A DNA stretch of 40,000 nt from Cedecea selenatireducens (GTDB taxonomy: Bacteria > Pseudomonadota > Gammaproteobacteria > Enterobacterales > Enterobacteriaceae): the NCBI RefSeq assembly GCF_042138895.1, contig NZ_JBHIKW010000013.1, positions 54,007 to 94,006 of the forward strand. Direction: 5' to 3'. Positions 1 to 9,970 of the stretch are shown one piece after another. The translations under genes were made by a program, and so were the position numbers. Numbering within the stretch: position 1 is the first letter of the stretch; each line of letters starts with the position of its first letter. Below the pieces are notes generated by a model that was not told the origin of the DNA, ran no database searches, and saw only the letters and a program-made list of their open reading frames with translations.

Positions 1-1078
1 CGGCGGGGCCATGTTGATGGGTCAGGCCAAAAAAGGTGCCTTTAGCCTGAGGATTGTTGTGCGGGGTTCGTTCGCCGGAAAGATAGGGCAGAAACCAAAT
101 AACGCCCGCCTCCGGGTTAGCCTGTTCCGCCGCCGCCAGCAGGGCCGGAACGCTCCCCAGACCGGTGAGTTTTGCCGCCCAGTCAAGGCAGGAAGCCGCG
201 CTGAGCATGACCGACATCAGGTGCCAACGGTTGGGTAACGCATGGCAAAAACTGTGTACCGCGCTTTCCGGCTTACTGCGAAAACCGTCGCTTACGGCGA
301 AATAGACGCCGGAGGTGCCGAGCGAGAGCATGGCCTGCCCGGCGTCTACCATCCCGACGCCGATAGCCCCGGCGGCATTATCCCCGCCGCCAGCCACCAC
401 GGGCACCGCAGGCATATTCCAGCTTTCAGCGACATCGCGCTTCAGCACGCCGGTGATTTCGCTGCCCTCAAACAATTCGGGCATATGCTGGCGAGAAAGG
501 CGGCAGGCGTCGAGCATCGTGTCGCTCCAGTCGCGCTTTGCCACATCCAGCCACATCGTGCCCGCCGCGTCGGACATATCGCTGGCAAATTCCCCGGTCA
601 TCCTCAGGCGCAGGTAGTCCTTCGGCAGCAGCACTTTATTGATTTGCGCAAAGATATCCGGCTCGTGGCGCTCGACCCACAGCAGCTTCGGTGCGGTAAA
701 GCCGGGCATCATCAGGTTGCCGGTTATGGCTCTTGCCTCTTCAACGTTGCTTTCCAGCAGCGCACATTCTTCGCCGCTGCGGCCATCGTTCCAAAGAATG
801 GCCGGGCGAAGCACGCGCTGTTTGCTGTCCAGTAACGTCGCACCATGCATCTGGCCGGCAAGCCCAATCGCCTTTACGCCGCTAAAAGAACGTTCCGCCC
901 CTAGTGCACGCATCGCGCGGTCTGTGGCCTGCCACCAGTGTTCGGGATCCTGCTCGGACCAAAGGGAGTGAGGCCGGGAAACGGTCAGCGACTCGCTATG
1001 TGCAGCCACCACCTCGCCTGCTTCGCTCAGCAGGATTACCTTCACGCCCGACGTGCCAAGATCGATGCCGATATACAT
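1..1078 (-). CDS. xylB: xylulokinase, N-terminal ~359 codons (C-terminus lies beyond window start)
   Basis: Absent from the ORF track because the frame runs off the window edge. My translation of the - strand from ATG at 1078 (TAAGGAG Shine-Dalgarno just upstream) gives MYIGIDLGTSGVKVILLSEAGEVV..., the canonical XylB/FGGY-kinase N-terminus. It lies directly downstream of xylA, as in the E. coli xylAB operon. Confidence 0.9.
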   Translation of the reverse strand, partial: MYIGIDLGTSGVKVILLSEAGEVVAAHSESLTVSRPHSLWSEQDPEHWWQATDRAMRALGAERSFSGVKAIGLAGQMHGATLLDSKQRVLRPAILWNDGRSGEECALLESNVEEARAITGNLMMPGFTAPKLLWVERHEPDIFAQINKVLLPKDYLRLRMTGEFASDMSDAAGTMWLDVAKRDWSDTMLDACRLSRQHMPELFEGSEITGVLKRDVAESWNMPAVPVVAGGGDNAAGAIGVGMVDAGQAMLSLGTSGVYFAVSDGFRSKPESAVHSFCHALPNRWHLMSVMLSAASCLDWAAKLTGLGSVPALLAAAEQANPEAGVIWFLPYLSGERTPHNNPQAKGTFFGLTHQHGPA

Positions 1079-1123
1079 GGTAGCTCCTTAATATCGCGCC
1101 GCTTTTCGGCGGCGCAGGCAAGT

Positions 1124-2446
1124 TTAGTTATCGAACAAATAGTGGTTAATCAGGTTTTCTAAAAGCTCCTGATGCCCGCTCTGATGCTGCGGGGCCAGCT
1201 TGTGCTGCTCAGCGTACTGCGCCAGCTGCGTGAGCGATATCTGGCCTTTAAGAATTTGCTGGCCCAGCTCACTATTCCACCCGGCGTAACGTTTCGCGAC
1301 GCGTTTATCCAGCTCACCATCCTCAACCATGCGGGCAGCAATTTTTAGCGCCAGCGCCATCGTATCCATGGCGCCGATATGGCCGTAGAACAGGTCATAT
1401 TTATCGGTGCTCTGACGGCGCACTTTGGCATCGAAGTTCAGGCCACCGGTGGTGAATCCTCCGGCCTTCAGAATTTCATACATCACCAGCGCGTTTTCCT
1501 CAACGCTGTTCGGGAACTGATCGGTATCCCAACCCAGCTGTGGATCGCCTCGGTTGGCATCGACCGAGCCAAAGATACCTAATGCAATCGCGCTGGCGAT
1601 TTCGTGGTGGAAGGAGTGACCAGCCAGCGTCGCGTGGTTCGCCTCGATATTGACCTTTATCTCTTTTTCGAGACCAAACTGCTTCAGGAAGCCGTAAACG
1701 GTCGCAACGTCGTAATCATACTGATGCTTGGTTGGCTCCTGCGGCTTCGGCTCGATAAGCAGCGTGCCGCGAAAACCGATTTTATGCTTGTGCTCAACGA
1801 CCATTTGCATGAAGCGGCCAATCTGCTCGCGCTCCTGCCGTAGGTCGGTATTCAATAGGGTTTCATAGCCTTCGCGCCCACCCCACAGCACATAGTTTTC
1901 CCCGCCTAATTGATGCGTGGCATTCATTGCCGTCACGACCTGGGTCGCCGCCCAGGTGAACACTTCGGGATCGGGATTCGTTGCCGCCCCGGCGCCGTAG
2001 CGCGGGTGAGTGAAGCAGTTAGCGGTGCCCCACAGCAGCTTCACGCCGCTTTCCTGTTGTTTTTGCGCCAGGACTTCCGTCATCTGGGCGAAATTGTTTA
2101 GGTATTCCTTCAGAGAAGCGCCTTCCGGTGAGACGTCGACGTCATGGAAACAGTAATACGGCACGCCAAGTTTCTGGAAAAACTCAAACGCCACGTCAGC
2201 CTTGCGCTTCGCCAGCGCCAGTGCGTCTCCAGCCTGCTGCCACGGGCGTTCAAATGCCCCCACGCCGAACATGTCCGCCCCCGTCCAGCAGAATGTGTGC
2301 CAGTAGCAGGCCGCAAAACGCAGGTGCTCTTCCATGCGTTTCCCAAGAATTAATGCATCCGGGTTGTAGTGACGAAACGCCAGTGGGTTGGTGGTTTTCG
2401 GGCCTTCAAAACGCACGCGATCGAGTTGGTCGAAATAAGCTTGCAT
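1124..2446 (-). CDS. xylA: xylose isomerase
   Basis: ORF 1124..2461 is collinear with E. coli XylA ([12 protein letters not shown] ... NHYLFD). I moved the start to ATG 2446 (GGAG 7 nt upstream), which reproduces the E. coli N-terminus. Confidence 0.95.
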   Translation of the reverse strand: MQAYFDQLDRVRFEGPKTTNPLAFRHYNPDALILGKRMEEHLRFAACYWHTFCWTGADMFGVGAFERPWQQAGDALALAKRKADVAFEFFQKLGVPYYCFHDVDVSPEGASLKEYLNNFAQMTEVLAQKQQESGVKLLWGTANCFTHPRYGAGAATNPDPEVFTWAATQVVTAMNATHQLGGENYVLWGGREGYETLLNTDLRQEREQIGRFMQMVVEHKHKIGFRGTLLIEPKPQEPTKHQYDYDVATVYGFLKQFGLEKEIKVNIEANHATLAGHSFHHEIASAIALGIFGSVDANRGDPQLGWDTDQFPNSVEENALVMYEILKAGGFTTGGLNFDAKVRRQSTDKYDLFYGHIGAMDTMALALKIAARMVEDGELDKRVAKRYAGWNSELGQQILKGQISLTQLAQYAEQHKLAPQHQSGHQELLENLINHYLFDN

Positions 2447-2817
2447 AATTAACTCCGTCATCAGGAAACAGCGGTCAGGATATTGAGTTATTTCATCCTG
2501 AATTCTCCCTGGCGGTTGCTCAATTACGTTATTTCACTCTGGGGTTAAGAGAATACCCAAATGTGCGTCACCTCGCAAAAAACCACTAAAATAATAAAAA
2601 AATATCGCGCAACGCCTTCCATAAATGAGTGCAACAGGCCGTCAATTCAATATTAAATTAGATCGCCATCATATTTTTACGATTAAACAAAAAAACATAA
2701 CGCGAAGATAAAAATCTGTAATTGATGGTCACGCCTATACGGATAACAATCTACAGGGTCTGCTGATATGAATCATTCTTTACTCCTATAAGCCATTTCC
2801 CCTACAGGTAAAATAAT
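2447..2817. promoter_or_regulatory. divergent xylAB / xylFGH control region (AT-rich, XylR/CRP-dependent promoters expected)
   Basis: A 371-bp AT-rich gap between divergently oriented xylA and xylF. In E. coli this region carries the XylR- and CRP-dependent promoters. Individual XylR sites were not resolved by eye. Confidence 0.6.
2562..2577. promoter_or_regulatory. candidate CRP site TGTGC-N6-TCGCA
   Basis: tgtgcgtcacctcgca matches the TGTGA-N6-TCACA consensus at 4/5 + 4/5 positions and lies inside the xylA-xylF divergent region. Confidence 0.3.
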
Positions 2818-3810
2818 ATGAAGATAAAGAACCTCTTACTCACGCTATGCGCCTCACTCATTCTTACCAGCGTAAGCGGTATCGCCAAAGAAGTGAAAAT
2901 CGGTATGGCGATAGACGACCTGCGCCTGGAGCGTTGGCAAAAAGATCGCGATATTTTTGTGAAAAAAGCGGAATCCTTAGGGGCAAAAGTGTTTGTCCAG
3001 TCCGCCAACGGTAACGAAGAAACGCAGATGTCGCAAATTGAAAACATGATCAATCGCGGCGTTGATGTATTAGTTATTATTCCTTACAACGGCCAGGTAT
3101 TAAGCAACGTGGTCGCAGAAGCGAAACGCGAAGGTATTAAAGTGCTCGCCTACGATCGCATGATTAATAATGCCGACATTGATTTTTATATTTCTTTCGA
3201 TAATGAAAAAGTCGGTGAATTACAGGCTAAAAGTATTGTAAGCAAAGTGCCTCAAGGCAATTACTTTTTGATGGGCGGTTCGCCGGTGGATAATAACGCG
3301 AAATTATTCCGCGCCGGGCAGATGAAAGTATTAAAACCTTATATTGATGAAGGAAAAATTAAAGTCGTCGGCGATCAGTGGGTTGACGGCTGGTTGCCGG
3401 AAAACGCGCTGAAAATTATGGAAAACGCTCTGACAGCGAATAATAACAAGATTGATGCGGTCGTGGCGTCTAACGATGCCACGGCAGGCGGTGCTATCCA
3501 GGCACTAAGCGCGCAAGGACTGGCCGGGAAAGTCGCTATTTCGGGTCAGGATGCTGACCTGGCGGGCATTAAACGTATTATCGCCGGCACCCAAACGATG
3601 ACCGTCTATAAACCCATTACCAAACTGGCAAATACCGCCGCTGAAATTGCCGTCGAATTAGGCGAAGGCAAGCAGCCAGCCACGGATGCCAGCTTAAATA
3701 ATGGCCTGAAGGATGTTCCATCCCGCCTCTTAACCCCTATTGAGGTGGAAAAAAACAATATCGACAGCACCGTTATCGCCGACGGTTTCCACAAAAAGAG
3801 CGACCTGTAG
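2818..3810 (+). CDS. xylF: D-xylose ABC transporter periplasmic binding protein
   Basis: 330-aa ORF with a signal peptide (MKIKNLLLTLCASLILTSVSGIA). Same length as, and collinear with, E. coli XylF. First gene of xylFGH. Confidence 0.95.
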   Translation: MKIKNLLLTLCASLILTSVSGIAKEVKIGMAIDDLRLERWQKDRDIFVKKAESLGAKVFVQSANGNEETQMSQIENMINRGVDVLVIIPYNGQVLSNVVAEAKREGIKVLAYDRMINNADIDFYISFDNEKVGELQAKSIVSKVPQGNYFLMGGSPVDNNAKLFRAGQMKVLKPYIDEGKIKVVGDQWVDGWLPENALKIMENALTANNNKIDAVVASNDATAGGAIQALSAQGLAGKVAISGQDADLAGIKRIIAGTQTMTVYKPITKLANTAAEIAVELGEGKQPATDASLNNGLKDVPSRLLTPIEVEKNNIDSTVIADGFHKKSDL

Positions 3811-3861
3811 CCGCCGGGCCCGCGCGCTTGCGGGCCTTCTCGCTCAACCGGAGGAGAGCTT

Positions 3862-5403
3862 ATGCCTCATTTGTTGGAAATGAAAAACATCACCAAAGCC
3901 TTTGGCACGGTGAAAGCCGTGGATAACGTGAGCCTGACGCTTGAAGCCGGGGAAGTGATGTCGCTGTGTGGCGAAAACGGCTCGGGCAAATCCACGCTAA
4001 TGAAAGTGCTGTGCGGTATTTACCCCCACGGCAGTTACGACGGTGAAATCTGGTTTGCGGGAGAGCTGCTGCAGGCAGGCCATATTCGCGACACCGAGCG
4101 AAAAGGGATCGCCATCATTCATCAGGAACTGGCGCTGGTTAAGCATCTTACGGTTCTGGAAAACATTTTCCTGGGGGCAGAGATTACGCATCGCGGCCTG
4201 CTCGACTTCGACACCATGACGCTTCGCTGCCAGAAGCTGCTTGCCCAGGTGAACCTGTCTCTTTCCCCGGATACGCGCGTGGGGGATTTAGGTCTTGGTC
4301 AGCAGCAACTGGTGGAGATCGCCAAGGCGCTGAACAAGCAGGTCAGGCTGCTGATTCTGGACGAACCCACCGCTTCGCTCACCGAACAGGAAACCGCCGT
4401 GCTGCTCGGGATTATTCGCGACCTGCAGGCTCACGGCATCGCCTGTATTTATATTTCCCACAAGCTCAATGAAGTAAAAGCCATTTCAGACACCATCTGC
4501 GTTATTCGCGACGGGCAGCCCATCGGTACTCGTGAAGCTAAGCAGATGAGCGAGGACGACATCATTACGATGATGGTAGGGCGGGAACTGACGGCGCTTT
4601 ACCCTAACGAGCCGCACCAAACCGGCGACGAGATCCTGCGCGTGGAGCACCTGACCGCATGGCACCCGGTCAACAAACACATTAAGCGGGTAAACGATGC
4701 CTCTTTTTCCCTGCGCAAAGGGGAAATTCTGGGTATTGCCGGGCTGGTCGGGGCCGGAAGAACCGAGGCGGTTCAGTGCCTGTTTGGCGTCTGGCCAGGC
4801 CGCTGGGAGGGCAGAGTCTATATCGACGGTCAGCAAGTGCATATCAATACCTGCCAGCAAGCGATTGCCCATGGCATTGCTATGGTGCCGGAAGATCGTA
4901 AAAAAGACGGCATCGTGCCGGTGATGGCCGTGGGGCAAAACATCACCCTTGCCGCATTAAGTCAGTTCTCTGGGGTATTGAGCAGCCTGGACGAGGCTCA
5001 GGAGCAAAACTGCATGCTGCAGTCGCTCAAGCGTCTGAAGGTTAAAACCTCATCGCCTGACCTGGCCATTGGCCGCCTCAGCGGTGGGAATCAGCAAAAA
5101 GCTATTCTTGCCCGCTGTCTGCTGCTTAATCCACGCATTCTGATACTCGATGAACCCACGCGAGGCATCGACATAGGCGCGAAGTACGAAATCTACAAAC
5201 TTATTAATCAGCTGGTGCAGCAGGGGATTGCCGTCATTGTCATCTCCTCTGAATTACCGGAAGTGCTCGGCCTGAGCGACCGCGTGCTGGTCATGCATGA
5301 GGGCCGCATTAAAGCCGATTTGATTAACCACAATCTGACCCAGGAAAAGGTCATGGAAGCCGCCCTGAGGAGTGACCCCCATGTCGAAAAGCAATTTGTC
5401 TGA
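3862..5403 (+). CDS. xylG: D-xylose ABC transporter ATP-binding protein (tandem ABC domains)
   Basis: 513 aa with two Walker A / LSGGQ-type modules (GENGSGKST; LSGGNQQK). Collinear with E. coli XylG (513 aa). Confidence 0.95.
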   Translation: MPHLLEMKNITKAFGTVKAVDNVSLTLEAGEVMSLCGENGSGKSTLMKVLCGIYPHGSYDGEIWFAGELLQAGHIRDTERKGIAIIHQELALVKHLTVLENIFLGAEITHRGLLDFDTMTLRCQKLLAQVNLSLSPDTRVGDLGLGQQQLVEIAKALNKQVRLLILDEPTASLTEQETAVLLGIIRDLQAHGIACIYISHKLNEVKAISDTICVIRDGQPIGTREAKQMSEDDIITMMVGRELTALYPNEPHQTGDEILRVEHLTAWHPVNKHIKRVNDASFSLRKGEILGIAGLVGAGRTEAVQCLFGVWPGRWEGRVYIDGQQVHINTCQQAIAHGIAMVPEDRKKDGIVPVMAVGQNITLAALSQFSGVLSSLDEAQEQNCMLQSLKRLKVKTSSPDLAIGRLSGGNQQKAILARCLLLNPRILILDEPTRGIDIGAKYEIYKLINQLVQQGIAVIVISSELPEVLGLSDRVLVMHEGRIKADLINHNLTQEKVMEAALRSDPHVEKQFV

Positions 5404-6562
5404 ACTGAAACTGACGCCACCAGGCCGGGCCTTGCCTGGGGCGCTAAAATCGCTGAATCTGCAGGTTTTTGTCATGATTGCCGCTATTGCCGTCATCATG
5501 CTGTTCTTTACCTGGCAGACGGAGGGGGCTTATTTGAGCGCCCGCAACGTGTCTAACCTGCTGCGGCAAACGGCGATTACCGGCATCCTGGCCGTCGGCA
5601 TGGTGTTTGTCATTATCTCGGCCGAAATCGACCTCTCGGTGGGCTCAATGATGGGGCTGCTCGGCGGCGTGGCGGCCATTTTTGACGTCTGGCTTGGCTG
5701 GCCATTGCCGCTCACGATTGTCGTCACGCTGGCCCTGGGTCTGGTCCTCGGAGCGTGGAACGGATGGTGGGTTGCCTATCGCAAGGTTCCGTCGTTTATC
5801 GTCACGCTCGCGGGCATGCTGGCGTTTCGCGGCATTCTTATCGGCATTACCAATGGCACCACGGTGTCGCCGACCAGCAGCGCAATGTCGCAAATCGGGC
5901 AAAGCTATCTGTCAGGCGGCATCGGCTTCACCGTGGGCGTGCTGGGGCTGATGGCCTTTATTGCCTGGCAGTGGCGGCTTCGCATACGCCGCCAGGCGCT
6001 CGGCCTTGCTGCGCCGGCATCGGGCGGCGTTGTTGGCCGTCAGGCGATCACCGCCGTGGTCGTGCTCGGTGCAATCTGGCTGCTGAACGATTATCGCGGC
6101 GTTCCGACGCCGGTGCTGCTCCTTGCTCTGCTGCTGCTCGCCGGGATGTTTATGGCCACCCGCACCGCGTTTGGTCGCCGTATTTACGCCATCGGCGGCA
6201 ATATCGACGCGGCGCGGCTGTCGGGGATAAACGTTGAACGCACCAAGCTGGCGGTATTTGCGATAAACGGCCTGATGGTGGCGATTGCCGGGCTGATCCT
6301 AAGCTCACGCCTCGGCGCGGGTTCACCTTCCGCCGGTAATATCGCCGAACTGGATGCCATTGCCGCCTGCGTCATCGGTGGAACCAGCCTGGCGGGCGGC
6401 ATCGGCAGCGTCGCCGGGGCGGTCATGGGGGCGTTTATTATGGCCTCTTTGGACAACGGCATGAGCATGATGGACGTGCCCACCTTCTGGCAGTACATCG
6501 TGAAAGGGGCCATTTTGCTGCTGGCGGTATGGATGGATTCCGCGACCAAACGCCGGGCCTGA
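5381..6562 (+). CDS. xylH: D-xylose ABC transporter permease
   Basis: The ORF track starts at 5372. ATG 5381 (GAGGAG 8 nt upstream) gives [11 protein letters not shown]..., matching the E. coli XylH N-terminus MSKSNPSEVKL. Polytopic membrane protein that overlaps the xylG stop. Confidence 0.93.
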   Translation: MSKSNLSELKLTPPGRALPGALKSLNLQVFVMIAAIAVIMLFFTWQTEGAYLSARNVSNLLRQTAITGILAVGMVFVIISAEIDLSVGSMMGLLGGVAAIFDVWLGWPLPLTIVVTLALGLVLGAWNGWWVAYRKVPSFIVTLAGMLAFRGILIGITNGTTVSPTSSAMSQIGQSYLSGGIGFTVGVLGLMAFIAWQWRLRIRRQALGLAAPASGGVVGRQAITAVVVLGAIWLLNDYRGVPTPVLLLALLLLAGMFMATRTAFGRRIYAIGGNIDAARLSGINVERTKLAVFAINGLMVAIAGLILSSRLGAGSPSAGNIAELDAIAACVIGGTSLAGGIGSVAGAVMGAFIMASLDNGMSMMDVPTFWQYIVKGAILLLAVWMDSATKRRA

Positions 6563-6672
6563 TGCGCAAGCGGCGCAAAACGTGCAAACGGTCACAATGC
6601 CGGGGCGACGTTCCCCGGCTGGCTCGCAGCTGTGGTATTCAGGTATCTGGCTAGCTACGGGAAACTTTCAGC

Positions 6673-7851
6673 ATGTTTGAGAAACGTCATCGCATCACGC
6701 TGTTATTCAACGCCAATAAAGTCTATGACCGGCAGGTGGTCGAAGGCGTGGGGGAATATTTGCAGGCGTCTCAATCGGAGTGGGACATTTTTATCGAAGA
6801 AGACTTTCGCGCCCGCATCGATAACATCAAAGAGTGGCTGGGCGACGGCGTGATTGCCGATTTTGACGATCGGGAAATTGAACGCCTTCTGGAAGGCGCC
6901 GAAGTCCCGATTGTGGGCGTTGGTGGCTCCTACCACTCGCCGGAGCATTATCCGCCGGTCCACTATATCGCCACCGACAACCATGCGCTGGTAGAAAGCG
7001 CTTTTCTGCACCTGAAAGAGAAAGGCGTCCAGCGCTTTGCTTTCTATGGGCTTCCCGGCTCGAGCGGCAAGCGTTGGGCCACAGAGCGCGAGCACGCTTT
7101 TCGACAGCTGGTTGCGAAGGAGAAGTACCGGGGCGTGGTTTATCAGGGCATCGAAACGGCGCCAGAGAACTGGCAGCACGCACAGAATCGCCTCGCCGAC
7201 TGGGTACAAACGCTGCCGCCGCAAACCGGTATTATTGCGGTAACGGACGCTCGAGCCCGCCACCTGCTGCAGGTCTGCGAGCATCTGCATATTCCCGTCC
7301 CGGAAAAGCTGTGCGTGATCGGCATCGATAACGAGGAACTGACCCGCTATTTATCGCGGGTGGCGCTTTCGTCGGTGGCGCAGGGCACGCGCCAGATGGG
7401 CTATCAGGCCGCCAAACTGCTGCACCGCCTGCTGGACCACGAAAACCTGCCGCTGCAGCGCGTGCTGGTGCCGCCGGTCAGGGTTGTGGAGCGCAGCTCT
7501 ACGGATTATCGCTCGCTGCATGACCCGGCGGTGATCCAGGCCATGCACTACATTCGCAATCACGCCTGCAAAGGCATAAAAGTCGAACAGGTGCTGGATG
7601 CGGTGGGGATCTCGCGCTCAAACCTGGAGAAACGTTTTAAGGAAGAAGTGGGAGAGACGATTCACGCGGTGATTCATGCGGAGAAACTGGAAAAGGCAAG
7701 AAGCCTGCTTATCTCAACGTCTTTATCTATCAATGAAATATCACAGATGTGTGGCTACCCGTCTTTGCAATATTTCTATTCGGTATTTAAAAAAGAGTAC
7801 GACGCCACGCCAAAAGAGCATCGCGATAGATTTAGCGAAATTTTAGTTTAA
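6673..7851 (+). CDS. xylR: xylose operon transcriptional activator (AraC family, periplasmic-binding-protein-like sensor domain)
   Basis: 392 aa, collinear with E. coli XylR (MF.KRHRITLLFNANK...), with a C-terminal AraC-type HTH. Confidence 0.95.
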   Translation: MFEKRHRITLLFNANKVYDRQVVEGVGEYLQASQSEWDIFIEEDFRARIDNIKEWLGDGVIADFDDREIERLLEGAEVPIVGVGGSYHSPEHYPPVHYIATDNHALVESAFLHLKEKGVQRFAFYGLPGSSGKRWATEREHAFRQLVAKEKYRGVVYQGIETAPENWQHAQNRLADWVQTLPPQTGIIAVTDARARHLLQVCEHLHIPVPEKLCVIGIDNEELTRYLSRVALSSVAQGTRQMGYQAAKLLHRLLDHENLPLQRVLVPPVRVVERSSTDYRSLHDPAVIQAMHYIRNHACKGIKVEQVLDAVGISRSNLEKRFKEEVGETIHAVIHAEKLEKARSLLISTSLSINEISQMCGYPSLQYFYSVFKKEYDATPKEHRDRFSEILV

Positions 7852-7861
7852 AGCCATAAAT

Positions 7862-7895
7862 AACAATGCCCTCCGAAGAGGGCATTGTTTAATTT
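7862..7895. terminator. bidirectional rho-independent terminator between convergent xylR and bax
   Basis: Perfect 12-bp stem AACAATGCCCTC / GAGGGCATTGTT with a CGAA loop, flanked by A-rich (left) and T-rich (right) tracts. Confidence 0.7.
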
Positions 7896-7912
7896 CATTC
7901 AGACAATGAAAA

Positions 7913-8749
7913 TTAATTCGGCAGCATGAAACGCTGGTTACTCTGATACATCGCGAACAGGAAATTATTATAGCTGGAGCCTCGGGTTGAATACCCTTTC
8001 AGCTTATGGATCATATTGTTGGCCGTCACTTCCTGATCCGCTTTACGCAGCTTAGCGCGCTCTTTACGGAATGAAGAATAGGCCGGATGGGTATTCAGAT
8101 TCGCCACGTACGCATTAACGCCTTCATTCACAGAACCGTAATGCAGGTAGCCTTTGACCTTGCCCGGCTCGCTGTTGCAGTGGCGCCTGGTACACTTCAT
8201 GCCAAACAGGTTGTTGTTGCTGCGGGCAAGCTTAGAAGTCCCCCAGCCGCTTTCCGCCGCCGCCATCGTCGCCACCATATTGGTAGGGATAATGTCGACT
8301 TTCTCCAGCAGGGTGTTCCACGGCACGCGGTTGGTGTTGCCGCGCCATGCTACCTTATACCGCTGGGTGATTTCTTTCAGGCGTGTGCGCTCACTCGGCG
8401 ACCAACGCTTCTCGTACTGTTTTGAAATCAACCAGTTACGATCGGCAGTTATCACTGCATTTTGGCGGGTAATATATGGCATGACCGTCCGGAGAAACGC
8501 TTTTTTCCTTGGTGTCCCGGAAGGGTATTTTCGCAAATCAGGAAGCGAACCATTTTCACTATTGCGAGAATACTCTTTTTTACTACTTGCCAGCTTACTA
8601 CTTACCGCTTTTTTACTGCTTATTTTCGTTATATGGGCCTTGCTGTGCGATTTAGGCTCATGTTTACTGGCGAACGCGTGACTTGAAAAGCCCACGGTCA
8701 GCAGCATGAGTATCGCGGCCCCGAATCGTCGGAATGGGGGTGATATCAT
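7913..8749 (-). CDS. bax: Bax protein (secreted, glucosaminidase/FlgJ-like domain)
   Basis: 278 aa with a signal peptide. Collinear with E. coli Bax (…LPDLRKYPSGTPRKKAFLRTVMPYIT…AAAESGWGTSKLAR…) and in the same position between xylR and malS. Confidence 0.85.
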   Translation of the reverse strand: MISPPFRRFGAAILMLLTVGFSSHAFASKHEPKSHSKAHITKISSKKAVSSKLASSKKEYSRNSENGSLPDLRKYPSGTPRKKAFLRTVMPYITRQNAVITADRNWLISKQYEKRWSPSERTRLKEITQRYKVAWRGNTNRVPWNTLLEKVDIIPTNMVATMAAAESGWGTSKLARSNNNLFGMKCTRRHCNSEPGKVKGYLHYGSVNEGVNAYVANLNTHPAYSSFRKERAKLRKADQEVTANNMIHKLKGYSTRGSSYNNFLFAMYQSNQRFMLPN

Positions 8750-9096
8750 TAGCTCTCCTGGTCGGATCGATCGTTTCCAGTGCCTTATTTTTTAAAAGGT
8801 TTTAGAAAAATAGGTGCGAATTATATCAAAATTAACCGCTCAGAGCACCTTTAGAAATAGTACTATTCCGAAACAATGTCACCTATGAACTTCTTATAGT
8901 GATAAAAAGTATTGTAAAATTCGGGAGTTAATCACAGTTCATGATGCAGGAAAAAAATGAACTGCTGAGGGCTGTTCCCGCGTTTAGAGAGTGAGATTAT
9001 TGGTTATATTTTTAAGGTGGCGGCGGCAATAACCTGGCAGAGGTGCAACCGGGGTTAAGGCGCTCAGATAACATTTGATACAGGAAAACTGGCAAC

Positions 9097-9852
9097 ATGA
9101 GCCTGGTGCAGAACCTGATAAAAAAAGCCTTTGCGACGGCGAATGCCAACGAAGCCGCCAGCTTCCTGGCCAGCGCATGCAACCGCATGAAATCGCATAA
9201 CAAAGAGCAGATTCAGGCCGAGGTTAGCGCGGCATTAGTCAACGTTAATCTTGTTCGCATCAGTGAAAAACCGCCGCAGACCAAAACGGTTTACCAGGAC
9301 TCGCCGGAAACCCTCCGTCGCTTGAAAGACGCAGAATCTCTCTCTGCCAGCCTGCTTGCCCAGTTGCGTGAAGCCCAGCAGCGTTCCGCTCAGGGCGACA
9401 CCGCAGAAACCACCACCCGCCTGCAAAGATATGAAAAACAGGTCGCAGAGCTCCAGAAAGCGCTGAATATCAGCCAGGAAATGCACCTCAAAGAATCAGC
9501 CCTGGTACGCAGCGTGATGCAGCGGGAAATTGACGAGCTTAAAAGCCTGCTAAACCGCCAGAAAGAGTCCGGGTCCGGGCTGGCGGAGACTCACCAACGC
9601 GAAAAAAACGAGCTGTATCAGCGCCTGGAAGCCGCGGACGAGCTGATAAAAACCCAGCAGGAGGCGCGCTACAAAGCGGAAGAGGAAGTCACCCAGCTAC
9701 ACGAAAAGCTGGCAAACCTGCAGGCAGATAACCACTACAGTTTTGAGCAGTGTGAAACCCTGAACGCCAGGCTCACCAAAACGATCGATGAGCTACTGGC
9801 CACCCGCAATACGCTGACCGCGCACTTCGGCCACTGGCTGACGAATAAATAA
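9097..9852 (+). CDS. hypothetical cytoplasmic coiled-coil protein (orphan)
   Basis: 251-aa ORF with no signal peptide or TM segment. From about residue 75 onward it is a heptad-rich, Q/E/K/L/R-rich sequence typical of a coiled coil. Preceded by a 347-bp AT-rich region. From memory, no counterpart sits at this position in E. coli K-12. The weak SD lowers confidence that it is expressed. Confidence 0.55.
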   Translation: MSLVQNLIKKAFATANANEAASFLASACNRMKSHNKEQIQAEVSAALVNVNLVRISEKPPQTKTVYQDSPETLRRLKDAESLSASLLAQLREAQQRSAQGDTAETTTRLQRYEKQVAELQKALNISQEMHLKESALVRSVMQREIDELKSLLNRQKESGSGLAETHQREKNELYQRLEAADELIKTQQEARYKAEEEVTQLHEKLANLQADNHYSFEQCETLNARLTKTIDELLATRNTLTAHFGHWLTNK

Positions 9853-9907
9853 AAACGTTAACGCCGTCACTCACCCTTGCGGCTCCACCCTGCATAACGT
9901 AGGCGCA

Positions 9908-9914
9908 GGATGAG
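9908..9914 (+). promoter_or_regulatory. candidate MalT box (GGATGAG) upstream of malS
   Basis: malS belongs to the MalT regulon in E. coli. GGATGAG matches the core GGA(T/G)GA of the MalT box and lies about 60 bp upstream of the malS ATG. Confidence 0.25.
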
Positions 9915-9970
9915 CGCCCCCCGTCTGAACGGTGGCAAACTGCGCAATAAATCCCCACAGGATGATGCGT

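Noticed and set aside
11-1162. Plus-strand ORFs of 75-197 aa at the window start.
   Set aside because: They lie antisense to xylB. The xylB frame is missing from the track only because it runs off the window edge, and the - strand translation from 1078 is unmistakably XylB.
8941-8994. A 17-codon mini-ORF (MMQEKNELLRAVPAFRE) overlapping an 8-bp hairpin (8935-8964) in the AT-rich leader upstream of the coiled-coil ORF, considered as a possible leader peptide or attenuator.
   Set aside because: There is no SD, no run of regulatory codons and no terminator/antiterminator pair. It is not distinguishable from chance.
9958-9964. A second GGATGAT MalT-box-like sequence just before malS.
   Set aside because: It lies 7-13 nt upstream of the ATG, so it coincides with the Shine-Dalgarno region (AGGA). 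That is too close to the start codon to be a promoter element.
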